64,000 nucleotides of DNA from Guillardia theta CCMP2712 (GCF_000315625.1 NW_005434551.1:32324-96323), one strand, 5' to 3'. Counted from the stretch's first letter, positions 15,348 to 27,825 are shown. Numbers and translations: made by a program. Notes: a model not told the origin generated them from the sequence alone.

Positions 15348-17300
15348 TCCTCCTCCTCCTCCTCCTCCTCCTCCTCCTCCTCCTCCTCCTCCTCCTCCTC
15401 CTCCTCCTCCTCCTCCTCCTCCTCCTCCTCCTCCTCCTCTTCCTCCTCCCGCTCCTTCTTGCCATCGAAAGGCTCCTACCTCATGGTTTGCGTCACGGGT
15501 CGTTCGGAGAAATCAAGTCTTCATCAGCGTGAGCAGGGGAAACAAGTTCACCTGCTCCTCTCACCTGGTGCGCTTGAAGAGATTCTGCAGCACAACTATG
15601 AGCATACTGCATCACATCCATCCCTTCCAGCTCTCTACCTGTCGTCCGTACTCTGCCATGGGCTGCAGCGAGTCATGGTAGGGAGGATGCGGCGGCATGT
15701 TGGAGTTTGCTATCCTCGAGCCGATAAACTGTAAGCACACAGTAAGCCACGTGAGCAGGAAGAGAAAGCGAGGAAAGAGAAGGAGGGGAAGGGGAGGGGG
15801 GGGCAAGGCGGGGAGGACGGAGGCAAAGGAGAGGAAGGAGGATGAGAGAAGAGGGAGGGGGGGGAGGGAGGGGAGAGAAGGAGGGGAGAAAGAGGAGCAA
15901 AGGAGAAAGAGGAGGAAAGTATGACAAGGAAGGGACAAGGGGACGGGAGGGAAGCCATAGCGGCAGCTTCTTACTTGCATGTTTGGCGGGTAGGAATGGA
16001 AGTAACCTGTACAAGAACATGCCAAGGGTGAGGTGAAACTGGAGAAGTGAACAAGTCTCCAGCACCAGCGTTGAAGTTGTTTGCTCCCGACCAGGTCGAG
16101 TTGGGCTGGAAGTGCCGCATGTGGTTCCATGAAGGGTAGCCCTGAGAAGACGAGAATGACAAACGAAAACATGCAAGGAAGGGGAAGCAGGAAGAGGATG
16201 TAGGAGAAGGCAAAGGGAGTAGGGGAGAGAGGGAGGAACTAGAGACAACGACAGGTAGGCAGGCAGGAAGTAAGAAGATTCAAACTCACATCTAACGAGT
16301 TGTATCTCATCCATACTTGTTGTCTTTCCATCCTGAAAGCCATTCACTTTTAAGAGTTTGCTGATGTTAAGGGCGTACAGCTCTTCTTCCTCTCTCTTCC
16401 TCTGTTGCTCCTCCTGTTCACCCACCATCACAAACGTGAACAGGAGGACAATCTCGCGAGGAGAAGTTCACCTGCAGTTTCATCGCCCTGAGGAAACCAT
16501 TGTGCTGATCTTCGAAGCTCTTCTTGAGAGTTGGACTGAAAAGACATCAGTTGTTTGTAACATTTCAAATGAAACAGTGAGACATTTGAAATCAAACAAG
16601 GAAATAGCTCAGATGAAACAATCACACATCTCAACGTCTCTCAGGCGAGCAAACATACTGAAACTTTCACCACCTCATCATATATTCAACATCAATCCCG
16701 CACCTGTGGGAAGAAATGTTCTTCAAGAACGCAATCAGCTCCTCCGTAGGGAATTTCTTCTCCTGCAAACTCGTTCTCACTCCTCCTGCTCCGTCAATCT
16801 TCCTCCTCCACCTTCCAGAACTGCACGCAGGTCTCGGCAGCAACCCTTGCTCCCTCCGGCAGCTCCTTTAAGATTTTCTTGAGAGCTCCATTTGCCAGGG
16901 GAGCAGGCAATGGAACGTCCTCCTCCTCCTTCTCCTCCCGCATCTTCTCCAACGAGCTTGATACAACAATCTCGCTCTGCGCAGACTTGTTAGCCTTCTC
17001 AGAGATCGCCGCATCCTCTATGGTTCCTACCTCCTCCTTCACAGCCGATCGTTCTGGTTGTCCCATCAGCATGTACAAATCTGTCCGAACAGTCAAACTT
17101 GACGACCACTTTACAAGTGGAGTACCTCGAATCGATCCCTTCTCTGATCAATTGCCTCAAGTCACATCTAAATTTCACACACAAATCTCAAGTGGTGGTC
17201 AACAATCTGACGACGAATCCTCCCCCTCCTCGGATTTCGGTACTGCTGGGCACAAGTTGTAAACCTGCGAAAAGCCAAGTCATCCGCGGACATGAAGCAC
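12400..17300 (-). CDS. Multi-exon hypothetical gene or genes spanning the assembly gap
   Basis: Exon-like segments bounded by GT/AG and low-complexity introns: ALKKILKELPEGARVAAETCVQFWK|EKKFPTEELIAFLKNISSH; EQEEQQRKREEEELYALNISKLLKVNGF; TLLHELFKQRVKM...LLEHEEEEMTEHAR. No family recognised and boundaries are uncertain. Confidence 0.35.
13439..14318. other. Assembly gap (880 N)
   Basis: Run of N. Confidence 1.
15272..15450. repeat. Compound (CTG/CTA)n-(CCT)n trinucleotide microsatellite
   Basis: Visible tandem triplets. Confidence 0.95.
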
Positions 17301-19554
17301 ACAATCCTTGTATGCAGATGCTAGGATACAATGTGAGGGGATGAGAGTCTCTAAACGTCTTCGACGTTTCTGTACATTCTGAAACAACTCTCTTGATATT
17401 TGACTTCTTATCGAAAAAAACAGTAAATCTCCCCTATGTTGGATTCTCCTTACAACCGAATCCCTCCATCATATCCGATGACAGAGGTGAAGAAGTTTTA
17501 TCGTGCGCATGGCACAGGAAGACTTGTCCTGAAGACTTCATCTTCAATGCCTCTCCGCTCAATACGAGCATCCGACAAAACCTTCCAAGGACTAAAGCAC
17601 GGCTAGTCCTCCTCACTTACTTTCCCTTCTAGCACAACTATGTCTTGTGCCACCACCTCAACCTTTGTTTCATTGCTCCTCTTCTTCTCTCCTTCTCATC
17701 TAGTCCCTTCCCTTCTCATCTCTATCCTAGACCATGAATGCGATACCACTCCCGCCATCCTTCACATTCCATACACCCCACCTCCTCGACCTCCAGATAC
17801 TACTTTACCCCTACCCATATTATTCTTTTTATACCCCCCATTTCCTAATGATTTATAGGCAAATATAAGGGTACTCAAATAACCCTACCCCCTATTTGTG
17901 GAAGTCTATCCAGCCCACCCTCATTGGGCACCTGACACGCTAACAGGTAGGTAAGTGATAGGAAGGTTCTATATGCCTAAGGCCCCCCGGTGTATCAGGT
18001 GCTTCTGTGTGATATCTTCCTATTGCCCATGGTCTTAGGATCATATGATTATAATTAAAATCACTTTTAAATAGAAACCCCCTACCCTACCCTACGTCGA
18101 CATGATTCTGTCCACTACCCCTACGCACTCTTCACCACAGTACCCACCTTTGGCTCGTGGTTTGACTCGATATTTCACAGCTCGTTTGACCCTCTAATTG
18201 ACCCCACCCCTGATACATTACCCCACCCCTATGACCTCATTCTTTACTACATAAAGGGGGCCGTTCTAGGGCGTACAGAAGGGGGAAGAGGAAGACTAGG
18301 GGTGATGAAGTGTTAAAGAGGGGGTACTGGTCTGAAATATATTGGGGTGGGTACTTTCAAGAGAAAAGGAGGGGTGAAGCACCGGGGAGATGCACAAGGC
18401 ACCACCGTAGTGTTCATACAAATTGTAAACTACCCGTCCGATGGGTGGGTAGGGTGGTATAGGTTTGTCTGGAGATCATGGGGGTAATTGAGGGATTTAT
18501 GGGGTACTGGGTTGAGAACGAAGGATGCTTTCATAGGGGTGGGGTGGGGTGACATGCGCCAGACAGGCCAAGACATCCGATAAGGAAGGGGGTGGGTCCA
18601 CTCTTCTCTTGTACTGATGGGGTAGGGGTAACTTTACCAGGGGTATAAATGATAGGTAAAGCGTGGGTGGAGGAAGGAAAATGTGCCTCCGAAGGTTCTT
18701 TGCCAGGAGGGGTGGGGTAGGGAGGGGTATTTGTTTCCAGGCGATCTCGAGGAGGCCGGGGTCTAAAAGTATTGTAGGCAAAAGACCACTTAAAGCGTTA
18801 AAACAATATAAAAAGGGGCACTGTCATTTTACACCAGGACCGACTCGCCTACTGTCATCGTTTTGAGACCTTCTGGTTTCTCACACGGTTGAGATCGGGG
18901 GAGCAGCAGCTGAGCGAGATGAAGAGCCTTATAACACGGCAAGAGTTACAAGTGACTTTTTTGAAGTACGTCATTCATTTCTCCTGAGATACGGAGCATG
19001 GTACACTGTCAGTGTTGGCGCGTATCGAGTGCGACATGACCGTACGGTACGGTCACGGTACGTGACGTGACACCGGGGCGGCCCGGGCGCCGCGCCGCGC
19101 CGTCACTAGTACCGTACGACCGTGACCGACCGCCGGGGGCCGGGCCGGGCCAGTGACTCTCCGAGTCTCAGCGGCCCGCGGCCCGCGGCAGTAGCCCCGC
19201 GGCGCGCCCCGGGCCCCCCCCACCCCCCCCCCGGGGCCCGGCGGACGGACCGGACGCCGCGCTCAGGCTGCCACGGAGTGAGCGCTGAGCCGGGCCGCGC
19301 CGTAGCAGTGGCCCGGCCCCCGGGCGGGGCCCCGGTGCCGGGCTCGGGCCGCGATGCCGTCATGATGGTACTGAGTACTCGGCGGTAGTGTAGAAAATGA
19401 TTCGGAATTGAATCACGACTGAACGTCCGATCAACCCGGCGGCCGCTGGTTTACTCAGTCGCCAGTGACACTGAGTGCCAAGCCTGCAAGTCCTACCGCA
19501 CCGTACCCGGTCACTCCCAGCCTGGCCCCGACAGAGCGGCAGTGGCCCCGTTGA

Positions 19555-22500
19555 TCAGTCGTCAAAGAGGCTGGAGCTCTTGCTGCCTCCAAACAAAGAC
19601 CCTCCTCCGTCCTCCTTGTCGTCCCCGCCGAACAACCTGCCAGAGCCTCAGTCAAGGTACTACGGTACGGTAACAGGTAGAGGTGAGGGGAACGAGGCGA
19701 GGTTTCCCGAGGAGTGAGCGTGAGAAAGGAAGGAGGAAGGGACAGTGAGGAGGCTGGAGGCTTACCCGAGACTCTCAGCTGTTTTAGTTGGCTTCTTTCC
19801 AGGGGGAGGAGGAGGAGCGGCGCGTTGAGGAGGAGCTTCCATCGATCCGGACTTGGAAGGCGGAGGGCCCTGCGTTGCTATTCAGTCACTGGCATGCAGG
19901 AGGCAGCAGATGTTACCGGAGGAGGAGGAGGTTTGCCTGGAGGAGGAGGAGGTCGTTTCGACGCCTTCTCTGCAGGATCCTGCCCTCCAGCGGAGAATGG
20001 GAGGAGGACGATGGGGGAGGAACGGAGGGAGGGGGTGCTGAGGGGGGAGGAGCAGAAGGAAGGGGAACGCCGGGAGGAGGAGCGCTGGGAGGGGGAGGAG
20101 CTTTGACATGGGGAGGAGCAGCTGTAGGAGGAGGAACGCTAGGAGGAGGGACAGGAGGCGGGGCTGGTGGACGTTTGGGTTTCTCGTCCTCGGTGGGTAT
20201 CAACACTGAAGTTTCTTCTTTGCCTATCGGAACAGAGCAGCAAAACATCAGTATGAGGCTGGATAGGAGGATGAGGAGTAAGTGGAGTTGGTGGTGGCGG
20301 TTAAGGAGGCAGAGGAGATGGTGGAGGTGGTGTAGTGAAGGAGGTCAAGAGAGGAAGGAGAGGAAGGAGAGGAAGGAGAGGACAGATGGGAAGGAGGAGG
20401 GGGACGAGGGGCTTGAAGTTCACCTTGCGGTTTTTGGGGACTCAGCGAAGTTTCAGCTTGCTTCAAAGGAATTTTCAGATCTGAAGTAACGGTGAGATCG
20501 TTGAATGACCCACCACTATCCCCTCCATTCTTCCTACTCTTCCTTACCTAGCCCTCTTTCAATCAACACTCCTCCTCCTCCTCCTCCTCCTCCTCCTCCT
20601 CCTCCTCCTCCTCCTCTCTCAAACTTTCACTCCTCCCAGCCTCCAATAAGACCCACCTGAGACATCTACGCTTGCAAACCCCTTGGTCTTCTCCTGCTCC
20701 TGCTCATCCACCACAGCCTTCATGAGAGGGTCTACTGCTCCTCCGCTCAGCACAGCCGGTCGGAGACTATCGCCGCTGATTTTGGCAGTTTCAGTGGGCG
20801 CAGCCTTCGACTCGCTGCCCTTGAAATCGGCTTCGAACAAGGACGAGGAGGACGAGGAGGGCTTCTTCTTGGGCTTTTCCTCCTCCCCTCCATCCCCGAA
20901 CAGAAGCTTCAGAGAAGACTTGGGATTTGTCCTTGCGCTCGTCTCCTCCTCCTCCTCCGCCCCAAACAGAGACTTCTCCTTGGCAGTCAGCGTGGGGGTT
21001 ACAACTTGCGGAGCTTCCGGTCTGGGAGGAGGGTTCTCGGGCTTCTTGGGAGGGACCTTCCCCTTGCTGGGAGGAGCAGGAGAACCTTTCTTCTCATACA
21101 GCACAGACGCTCCTCCGTAGGTAAAGATCTCCCCCGCCTGCTCAAACGTGCCCTTCTTGTCTTGGAAGGATTTCTCAGCTCGTTGGCCCCCGCTCGCAGG
21201 GTGTGCCTCCTCCTCTCGGGGACCTCGGTGCATGTCAAGTTTCTTGATCGCCTCCGACACTTCCTTCTCCTCATCGAAGTCATTTCTTTCCTCTCGCTCC
21301 TCCTCCTGGCTCGCCTGGCTCGCCTCCTGCTTGTGCTCCCTTTCCTTCACCATGGCAGCCTTGTAGGAGGATCCGATCTCCTTCATCTTATTCACCAGTG
21401 AAGCTCCGTTATCGTCCTCTTTCCTCGTCTTCATCTTCTGCAGCAGAGCCTCGGTCTCGTCCACGTCATCATCGAACATGGCGCTCTGCGCTCTCTGCCT
21501 CAGCATGATCGCTCGTGCTTGTGCTTCCTTGGTCTTCTGCTCCAACATCTTCGCCTCCTCCTGCGCTCTACGATCCTCTTCCTCCAGCTTCCTCCTTTCC
21601 TCCGCCGTCAACTCGCCCGTCTCTTCCTCGAAGAAGGTCTGAGCCTTGGAAGGAGGATCAACCTTGGTAGGGTGAGGCTTCTCCTTGAACAGCTGATCAG
21701 CCTGCTTCGCCTCCTTGACATCCTTCTTGAACAGAGGGGAACGAGTCCCTTCCTCCTCCTCTTCCTCCTCCCTGAACAAGCTTGATGCTGCCAGCTTCTT
21801 CACGCGGCTGCTCTCCTCCTTCTGCTGTCGAGCTGAGGCAAGGAGCTGCTTGGCTCTTTCAACCGTCTCCTCATCGTCCTTCGGCTGTGCCGGAGGTGAA
21901 GGTGAAGATGAAGATGAAGGGAGGAGACCTGTTTTCTTCAGGCCTGTCTTCAGCCCTTCTGTCTTCTCCACAACCTTCTCAGCTTCTTCACGTCTCGTCG
22001 CAGCTTCTGAGGCCTTGACAGGCGCTTCAACTCGCTCATCCGCCTTCACTGCCGCATCCTCCTTTACCGTACTCTCCTTCACCTCAGCTCGATCTTCTTC
22101 TCTTGGTCGTTCTGCTGTGCCATTCTTCGCCACCTCCTTCACATTTTGTTCCTGCTTGCCAACTTTTTCCTCAGAGGAAGAGCCGTTTTCCCACTGCCTC
22201 CTCCTCGCGAGTTTGCTGGCAAGGTCTTCAGCAGGAGGTACTACACCCGGAGCGCTGAGCACAGGAGCAGAAGAGACCTTCGGGGCCTCGCTCTTGATGA
22301 CTTCCTCCTTCTTAGCAGGGCTCTGTTTGCTTGAACCTGCTACTCCTTGCTTCCATGGCGGGAGCTTGTTCGACTCTTCCTCCTCCTCCTCCTCCTCCTC
22401 CTCACCGTTCTTCGAGGGCTTCTGCATGCTGGAAGACGGAGCAGAGGGTTCATTGCCAGCACTGGAGGCTTCACTCTCCCACTGCCTCCTCCTCGCAAGC

Positions 22501-22820
22501 TTTGCCTGCAAATCTTCGGCAGGAGGAATAACTCCCGGCGCGCTTCCCACGTTGGCCTGTCCTCCTCGACCTTGCGGGGGGGCAGCAGCAGCAGCATGCG
22601 ACTTCTTCTTCTTCTCCTCCTCTTGCTCCCACTGTCTCCTTGCCGCGAGTTTCTTCTGCAAATCGTCGTCCTTGGGTGAGGCAGCTCCCTTCACGACCTT
22701 GGATGGAGAAGCGGACTTTGCGGGAGGAGAAGCTTTCGGTGCCGAGGCCGTGCTGGGGGAGGTCGTCTCTGCTTCTTCGCGCAGTCCTGTCTTCTTGAGG
22801 ACAGAACGAAAGTCAGCCAT
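19555..22820 (-). CDS. FAM21/WASHC2-like disordered protein with LF-acidic motifs, polyproline tracts and candidate actin-binding motifs (multi-exon)
   Basis: ATG at 22820 gives MADFRSVLKKTGL. Multiple LF-acidic motifs (SLFREEEE, AMFDDDVD, SLFGAEEEE, LLFGDGGEEE, SLFEADF). Pro-rich exons at ~19770-20220. The last exon reads LFGGDDKEDGGGSLFGGSKSSSLFDD* with the stop at 19555-19557. Confidence 0.6.
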
Positions 22821-23444
22821 CGTATGCTCCACGATAGTTGAAGGGCCCAGTCGTAAAATCCGCAGCGATGAAGGTCAGGTTTGCCTTGAAGGAAGAGAAA
22901 GATGTTTACTCCTGAAAGGCATGTGTCAGTCGATCTTGTCATTACCATCACCATTCGTCTCCCATGCGTATGTCTTGACATCAGAACTCATCCTCTTTAC
23001 CGCTCTGCCAGACACTTGCTCCGTTTCTCTCTCCTTGTCTCCTGTTGCTCTCTTCTCTAACAAAGCAAACTAGATCTCCTCCTCCTCCTCCTCCTCCTCC
23101 TCCTCCTCCTCCTCCTCCTCCTCCTGATAATCTTCCTCTTCCTTCTTCTCGTTTCCTCTCTCCTCCTCTCCTCTTCTACTTCTCTTGCTTTCTCCTTCTT
23201 CCCTCGCTGCCATGATGACGCGCTGGTCACACTGCGAGGACCCCCACCCTTTTCGTAAACATCCTCATCATTTTACCCTACCCCCTGCATTGTACTACCC
23301 CTGAAAAATTAACCCCTATTTACAATATCACATCACCCCTGTAAACAAAGAGCACTTCCCCACCCTTGCCTGGGTATTTCTACCCCTACCCCCTTTCAAT
23401 AATACTACGGCTCACCTCAGGACGAGACGGTAGGAGGGGGGAGA

Positions 23445-23500
23445 GAGCAGAGCAGAGCAGAGCAGAGCAGAGCAGAGCAGAGCAGAGCAGAGCAGAGCAG
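23445..23500. repeat. (AGCAG)n pentamer microsatellite
   Basis: Tandem AGCAG array. Confidence 0.9.
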
Positions 23501-23663
23501 AAAGTGAGAGCAAGGAAGAAGCAGAAGGAAGCTGGAAAAGAAAGTTACAAGGATTGTTGGTCAGGAGGGCAAGATAAAGGTCGAGTATTCAGTGTGAGGC
23601 GCAAGGGATCAGCTCTAAGAGCATCAAGACCAAACAATCTGTTCGAGAAGCAACAAAGACAAC

Positions 23664-24593
23664 ATGGCTAACTTGAGAAGGAACGATGAACGCAGAGGAG
23701 GTAACAGCCAGCATCGTGGGAGATACAACAATTACCAACAGAGGGCGACAAGGGAGGATAGAGCTGGGGAGATCGAAACAGACGGTTTTCTACGGGTGAG
23801 TGCTGGGATTGTTGGTACTTGCCAGGACGTGGAGAAAAGATATATTAGAGTGCAAAGTCAGCCGCATCCCTCCACTATCCGGCCAGAGCGTGTGCTGAAG
23901 CTGTCGCTCGAGGCGGTGAAGAAGAGGGAGGCGGATGGAGAGGAGTACGAGGTTTGCCACGAGTACTACATGTCCATCTGTCAAGATCTGAGGATACAAC
24001 AGCTGGAAGGAGGCTTCACAGTTGAAGTGAGGGAGAACTTTGCTCGCTGCGCCATGCGCGCGCGTATTGGAGACAAGAAGCGTTTGGATACGAAGACGCT
24101 GGGAGACTGCTTGATTCATCTGCAGGAACTTTATGAGAAGAACGCCAACAGCGGGCACGAGGTTGAGTTTGGGATCTACAGACTTGTGCTGTGGCTGGGG
24201 CTGTCGCTGGAGCATGAAGACTCTCTTCTGGTCGTGCATGCCTGCATGGCGTCGCTTTCTCAGTTCGAGCAACACCCGGCAGTCAAGCACGCGCTCGAAA
24301 TTGTTTCCGCAGTCCTCACAGGCGATGTCGTGTCCTACTTCAAGCTTGTCGCTGCGATTCCAGACGAAGTCAAGGACCAACGGCACGTCCATGAGACTCT
24401 TATCACTCCCTCCATGAGGAGCAGGTACTATTCCGCCATGCTCAAGGCGTACAAGTTCGGATTCCCGCTGGTCGAGTTGAGGGGCCTGTTGGGCTGTTCG
24501 AGCAAGGAGGAGCTGACAGGCTTCCTGCGATCGCAGCAGGCCGTGTTGGACGAGGAGCAGGGGGTGCTGGACATTGACAAGAGCAAGAGGTAA
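23664..24593 (+). CDS. THP3/LENG8: SAC3/GANP/THP3 family protein (Thp3/LENG8-like)
   Basis: IVGTCQDVEKRYIRVQSQPHPSTIRPERVLKLSLE...YMSICQDLRIQQLEGGFTVEVRENFARCAM...LQELYE...EFGIYRL...HPAVKHAL matches the Thp3/LENG8 subfamily motifs. Confidence 0.88.
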   Translation: MANLRRNDERRGGNSQHRGRYNNYQQRATREDRAGEIETDGFLRVSAGIVGTCQDVEKRYIRVQSQPHPSTIRPERVLKLSLEAVKKREADGEEYEVCHEYYMSICQDLRIQQLEGGFTVEVRENFARCAMRARIGDKKRLDTKTLGDCLIHLQELYEKNANSGHEVEFGIYRLVLWLGLSLEHEDSLLVVHACMASLSQFEQHPAVKHALEIVSAVLTGDVVSYFKLVAAIPDEVKDQRHVHETLITPSMRSRYYSAMLKAYKFGFPLVELRGLLGCSSKEELTGFLRSQQAVLDEEQGVLDIDKSKR

Positions 24594-24720
24594 CAGATCA
24601 GGAGAAGGGAGTTAAGGAGAGGGTAGCGAGAGGCGATTGGTCGAAACAAGGAAATTGAAATTTTATATTTTACAAGAGTCATGTTGCTTTTCAAGACAGC
24701 AATTCGTACCTTTCAAGACA

Positions 24721-25875
24721 TCAATGCGTACCTTCGTGGGAGTAGAGCTGGGGGGAGGGAACAACGTTCGGCAGAGTGACATCTGCCTTGCGAACAGGAG
24801 AGTCTTGCAACGTGTCGACTACAGGAGGCATCGGTTTCAAGTCCGTTAGCCTCAGGGTGTTTCCTGTCCTTGTGGTCGAGGGCTCAACCTCAAGGGCTGG
24901 CAGGCGGTTGGAGGGGGGGGAGCCGAACCCATCACTCCTCCTTCTCGGTTCCTCTTCACGCTGCTCCAACGCCGCGCTTTGCCGAATCTCCACGATCGGT
25001 TCGGTCTTGACCACAGCATCCACCTCAGTCTCCTTGCTTGCATCCTCGCTGGATGTGTTCTTGCCAGAGTCAACCGCCATCTCTATGCTCGCCCCTTTCT
25101 CTTTGCCCTCCTTCTCCTTAGCCTCCTTCTCTGCCTGCTCCCTCAGCCTTGCAGCCTTGGCCTCTTCCGCTCTCTTCCGCTGCGCCTCCTTCCTCTCTTT
25201 CTCCTTGCGCTTCTGCTCTTCCATGTCTTTCTTGACCCGTTCGCTGAGAGACTTGTAGTCCTTCTCGATCGCATCCAGCAGCCACTTGAGCGCCTTGCCG
25301 ATCCGCGGGTCCACCGGATCTCCTTCATTGGGCTTCGCTTGACAGTTTGCAACATGATGGCAACAGTCCTTGCGGTCCAACATCCCAAGTTTCTGAGACA
25401 GCTCGTGAGCTGAGATGCAGCCGTCGAGGTCTTGCTTGTTTGCAAAGATCAGCACAGGCTTGCCCGGGATTCCCTCGGACTCCAACGTCTTGTCGAGCGT
25501 TTCCTTTGCCTCTTCGAACCGCTCAGGAGCTGCGGCATCCACGACGTAGATGACGCCATGGACCTGAAGGTGCTGAATGAGCATCGCCCGTCCTCACGTC
25601 TCCTCTCTCCTCACCTCAGGGTAGTAGCTCTGCCACACTCGCCGAAAGTTCTTCGCTCCTCCTACATCGAACCACTGGATCGTGTACTTCCCGCTGATGA
25701 GCTTGCTAGGACGAAACCCAATGGTAGGAGTCACGTCAGCTTGCGGAAGCTCGTCCTTGAGCCCATAGAGCAGCGTCGTCTTGCCCGCATTGTCCAAGCC
25801 GAGGACGATAATTGTCACGCTCTTCTCCTGCTTCTTTTTCACCCAATTATAGAAGTTGCCAGCGAGGGTGAACAT
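24721..25875 (-). CDS. ARL13: Ciliary Arf-like GTPase ARL13 (2 exons; intron 25564-25614)
   Basis: GLDNAGKTT, PTIGF, DVGGA (no catalytic Gln, an ARL13 hallmark) and NKQD, followed by a coiled coil (DYKSLSERVKKDMEEQKRKEKERKE) and a disordered tail. Confidence 0.93.
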
Positions 25876-26981
25876 GATCAATTGGCTTGCTCAGATTATC
25901 CGAGCCAATGGTGTATTCCTTGTGTGTCCTGCCTGGTTATAAATGCCTGCGGATCAAAGTCAATTTTGTGAACCGCTTGTCTCGAAGTATAGTTGTTACT
26001 GTTAGATTTGAATCGTTCAGAATTTTGAATGAGGGGGGATGAGTCAACAAACGGAGCAAGCTTGACAAATGCATTATTGAAAGACTGAAGAAATTCAAAC
26101 AACAGGGCATAACGAATATTCAACGAGCGGTTCAACGCGCATTTGTCATGCGACCAACCTCAACATTCGAGCATACAACAAGTGAGAAGCAACTGGTCAT
26201 GATCTTAGAGTTGCTGACTATGCTGAACGCAGTGATTACTAACTATGTCAGAGGAAAGTGTAGCTATCTCGGCATTCTCGCTCTCTGCTTCCCCCTGCCT
26301 GCATTTGAAAAACCATCCTTGGTCCATTTTGCCATATACGCCAACATCTGTTCACTGCCGTTTCATTTGGCCTCATTTCATTTGGATCAATCTCCTTCTC
26401 TGAAAACTCACTCTCCATTCCTCCTCGTACTCTCCTCCTTCTTTCATCTCACTCCTCCTTCTCCTCCCCTCGCCTCCTCCCCCTCCCCTTCCTCGCCATG
26501 CACTGGCGTCGTTTCCGTTGTCCCGACAACCCCTACCCCGACGACGACCCATTGGTTACCATACCCCCTCGGGTCCATCTTAGATCACTACCCCTGCCAG
26601 ACATGTACCCCACCCACTCATTGCGATCAGTCTCACAAATGACCCTCCCTTTTTCCTATTTCTGGAGGGATCATCCCACCCCCTTCTACATTGTACCCCC
26701 CATTGCATACCATATTGAAGAACGTATACCCACCCCTTGAGCCTGATTTGACCACCACTACCCCCGATTCCATGTACATCCCTTTTACAAGGCCATTTAA
26801 ATGTCACCCCACCCCCTCGAAATTCAAATTTCCTCACTACCCCCTTGAATGAGTAAAATTAACCCCCTTCCCCAAGGTCACCTCAAAGGGGTGGGGTCCT
26901 CATACCGCCGACTAGAACTCAAGTTCAAGTTCCACTGAGTTCCCGGCGGCCGGAGTCCGGCCCGCCGGGCGGCGGAGGTTC

Positions 26982-27493
26982 TGCTTGTTTCAGATCCCGA
27001 CAACGCAGACGTCATCTACTCCATGGGCGATATCATCACCATCACTTTCAACCGCGACACCAACATGGCCGGCTTTGCCTCCGGCTTTGCCTCCGGCTTT
27101 GCCTCCGGCTTTGCCTCCGGCTTTGCCTCCGGCTTTGCCTCCGGCTTTGCCTCCGGCTTTGCCTCCGCCGCTTTGCCTCCGGCTTTGCCTCCGCGCTTTG
27201 CCTCCGGCTTTGCCTCCGGCTTTGCCTCCGGCTTTGCCTCCGGCTTTGCCTCCGCCGCTTTGCCTCCGGCTTTGCCTCCGCCGCTTTGCCTCCGGCTTTG
27301 CCTCCGGCTTTGCCTCCGGCTTTGCCTCCGGCTTTGCCTCCGGCTTTGCCTCCGGCGTTCTCCTCCCCCAAGATCGTGTAGAGACTATCTTCAACTTCTC
27401 CCAGTCTCTCGGATCGTACCAAGGCATCTGGATCTCCCGCAATGTCTTCAGAATCACCGTTCTCAACACGACCTTCTCTTTACCCCCAAAGAT
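26982..27493 (+). pseudogene. Duplicated exon fragment of the giant repeat gene (copy of 31169-31409) with an expanded (GGCTTTGCCTCC)n array
   Basis: Near-identical flanks CAGATCCCGACAACGCAGACGTC...AACATGGCC and GGCGTTCTCCTCCCCCAAGATCG...AACACGACCTTCTC. The single 12-mer of the parent is expanded across 27071-27353. Confidence 0.93.
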
Positions 27494-27825
27494 ATCTTTA
27501 TTAAGTGCCTCAGTAGCTCGCTACTAGCTAGGCTACTCATTCGCTTTCAGGGCCACACTATTTAGTGACGGAGTCCGATCAACCCACTCATATTAGTATT
27601 AGGGCCGCCATGAGACTAGTACATTTAACGAGTGATCGGGTCATCACTGGTCATCCGATGACGGACATCATAAAGTTCCGACCGTACGCGTACTGTGACC
27701 GTGGCACTGAGGAGAGATCATTGGCTCTCGCTTTGGTATTTAGCTAAGCATGAGCTCCTCCTCTAAACCCCTGTAGAAAGTTTTTCAGTACATCCGTGAT
27801 AGGTTTCGATGAAGAGAAAGAAGAC

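Noticed and set aside
19020-19555. GC-rich ORFs or a structured RNA gene in mosaic blocks (also 44932-45228 and 56255-57169)
   Set aside because: Low-complexity Arg/Pro/Gly/Ala translations, no tRNA or rRNA signature, and no alignable conservation between blocks.
21715-23073. 452-aa plus-strand ORF
   Set aside because: Antisense shadow of the charged minus-strand gene, with Ser/Phe-rich composition typical of shadows.
27071-27353. Possible CRISPR-like or coding (GFAS)n array
   Set aside because: Head-to-tail repeats without spacers, in a eukaryotic context, frame-broken and derived from a duplicated exon.
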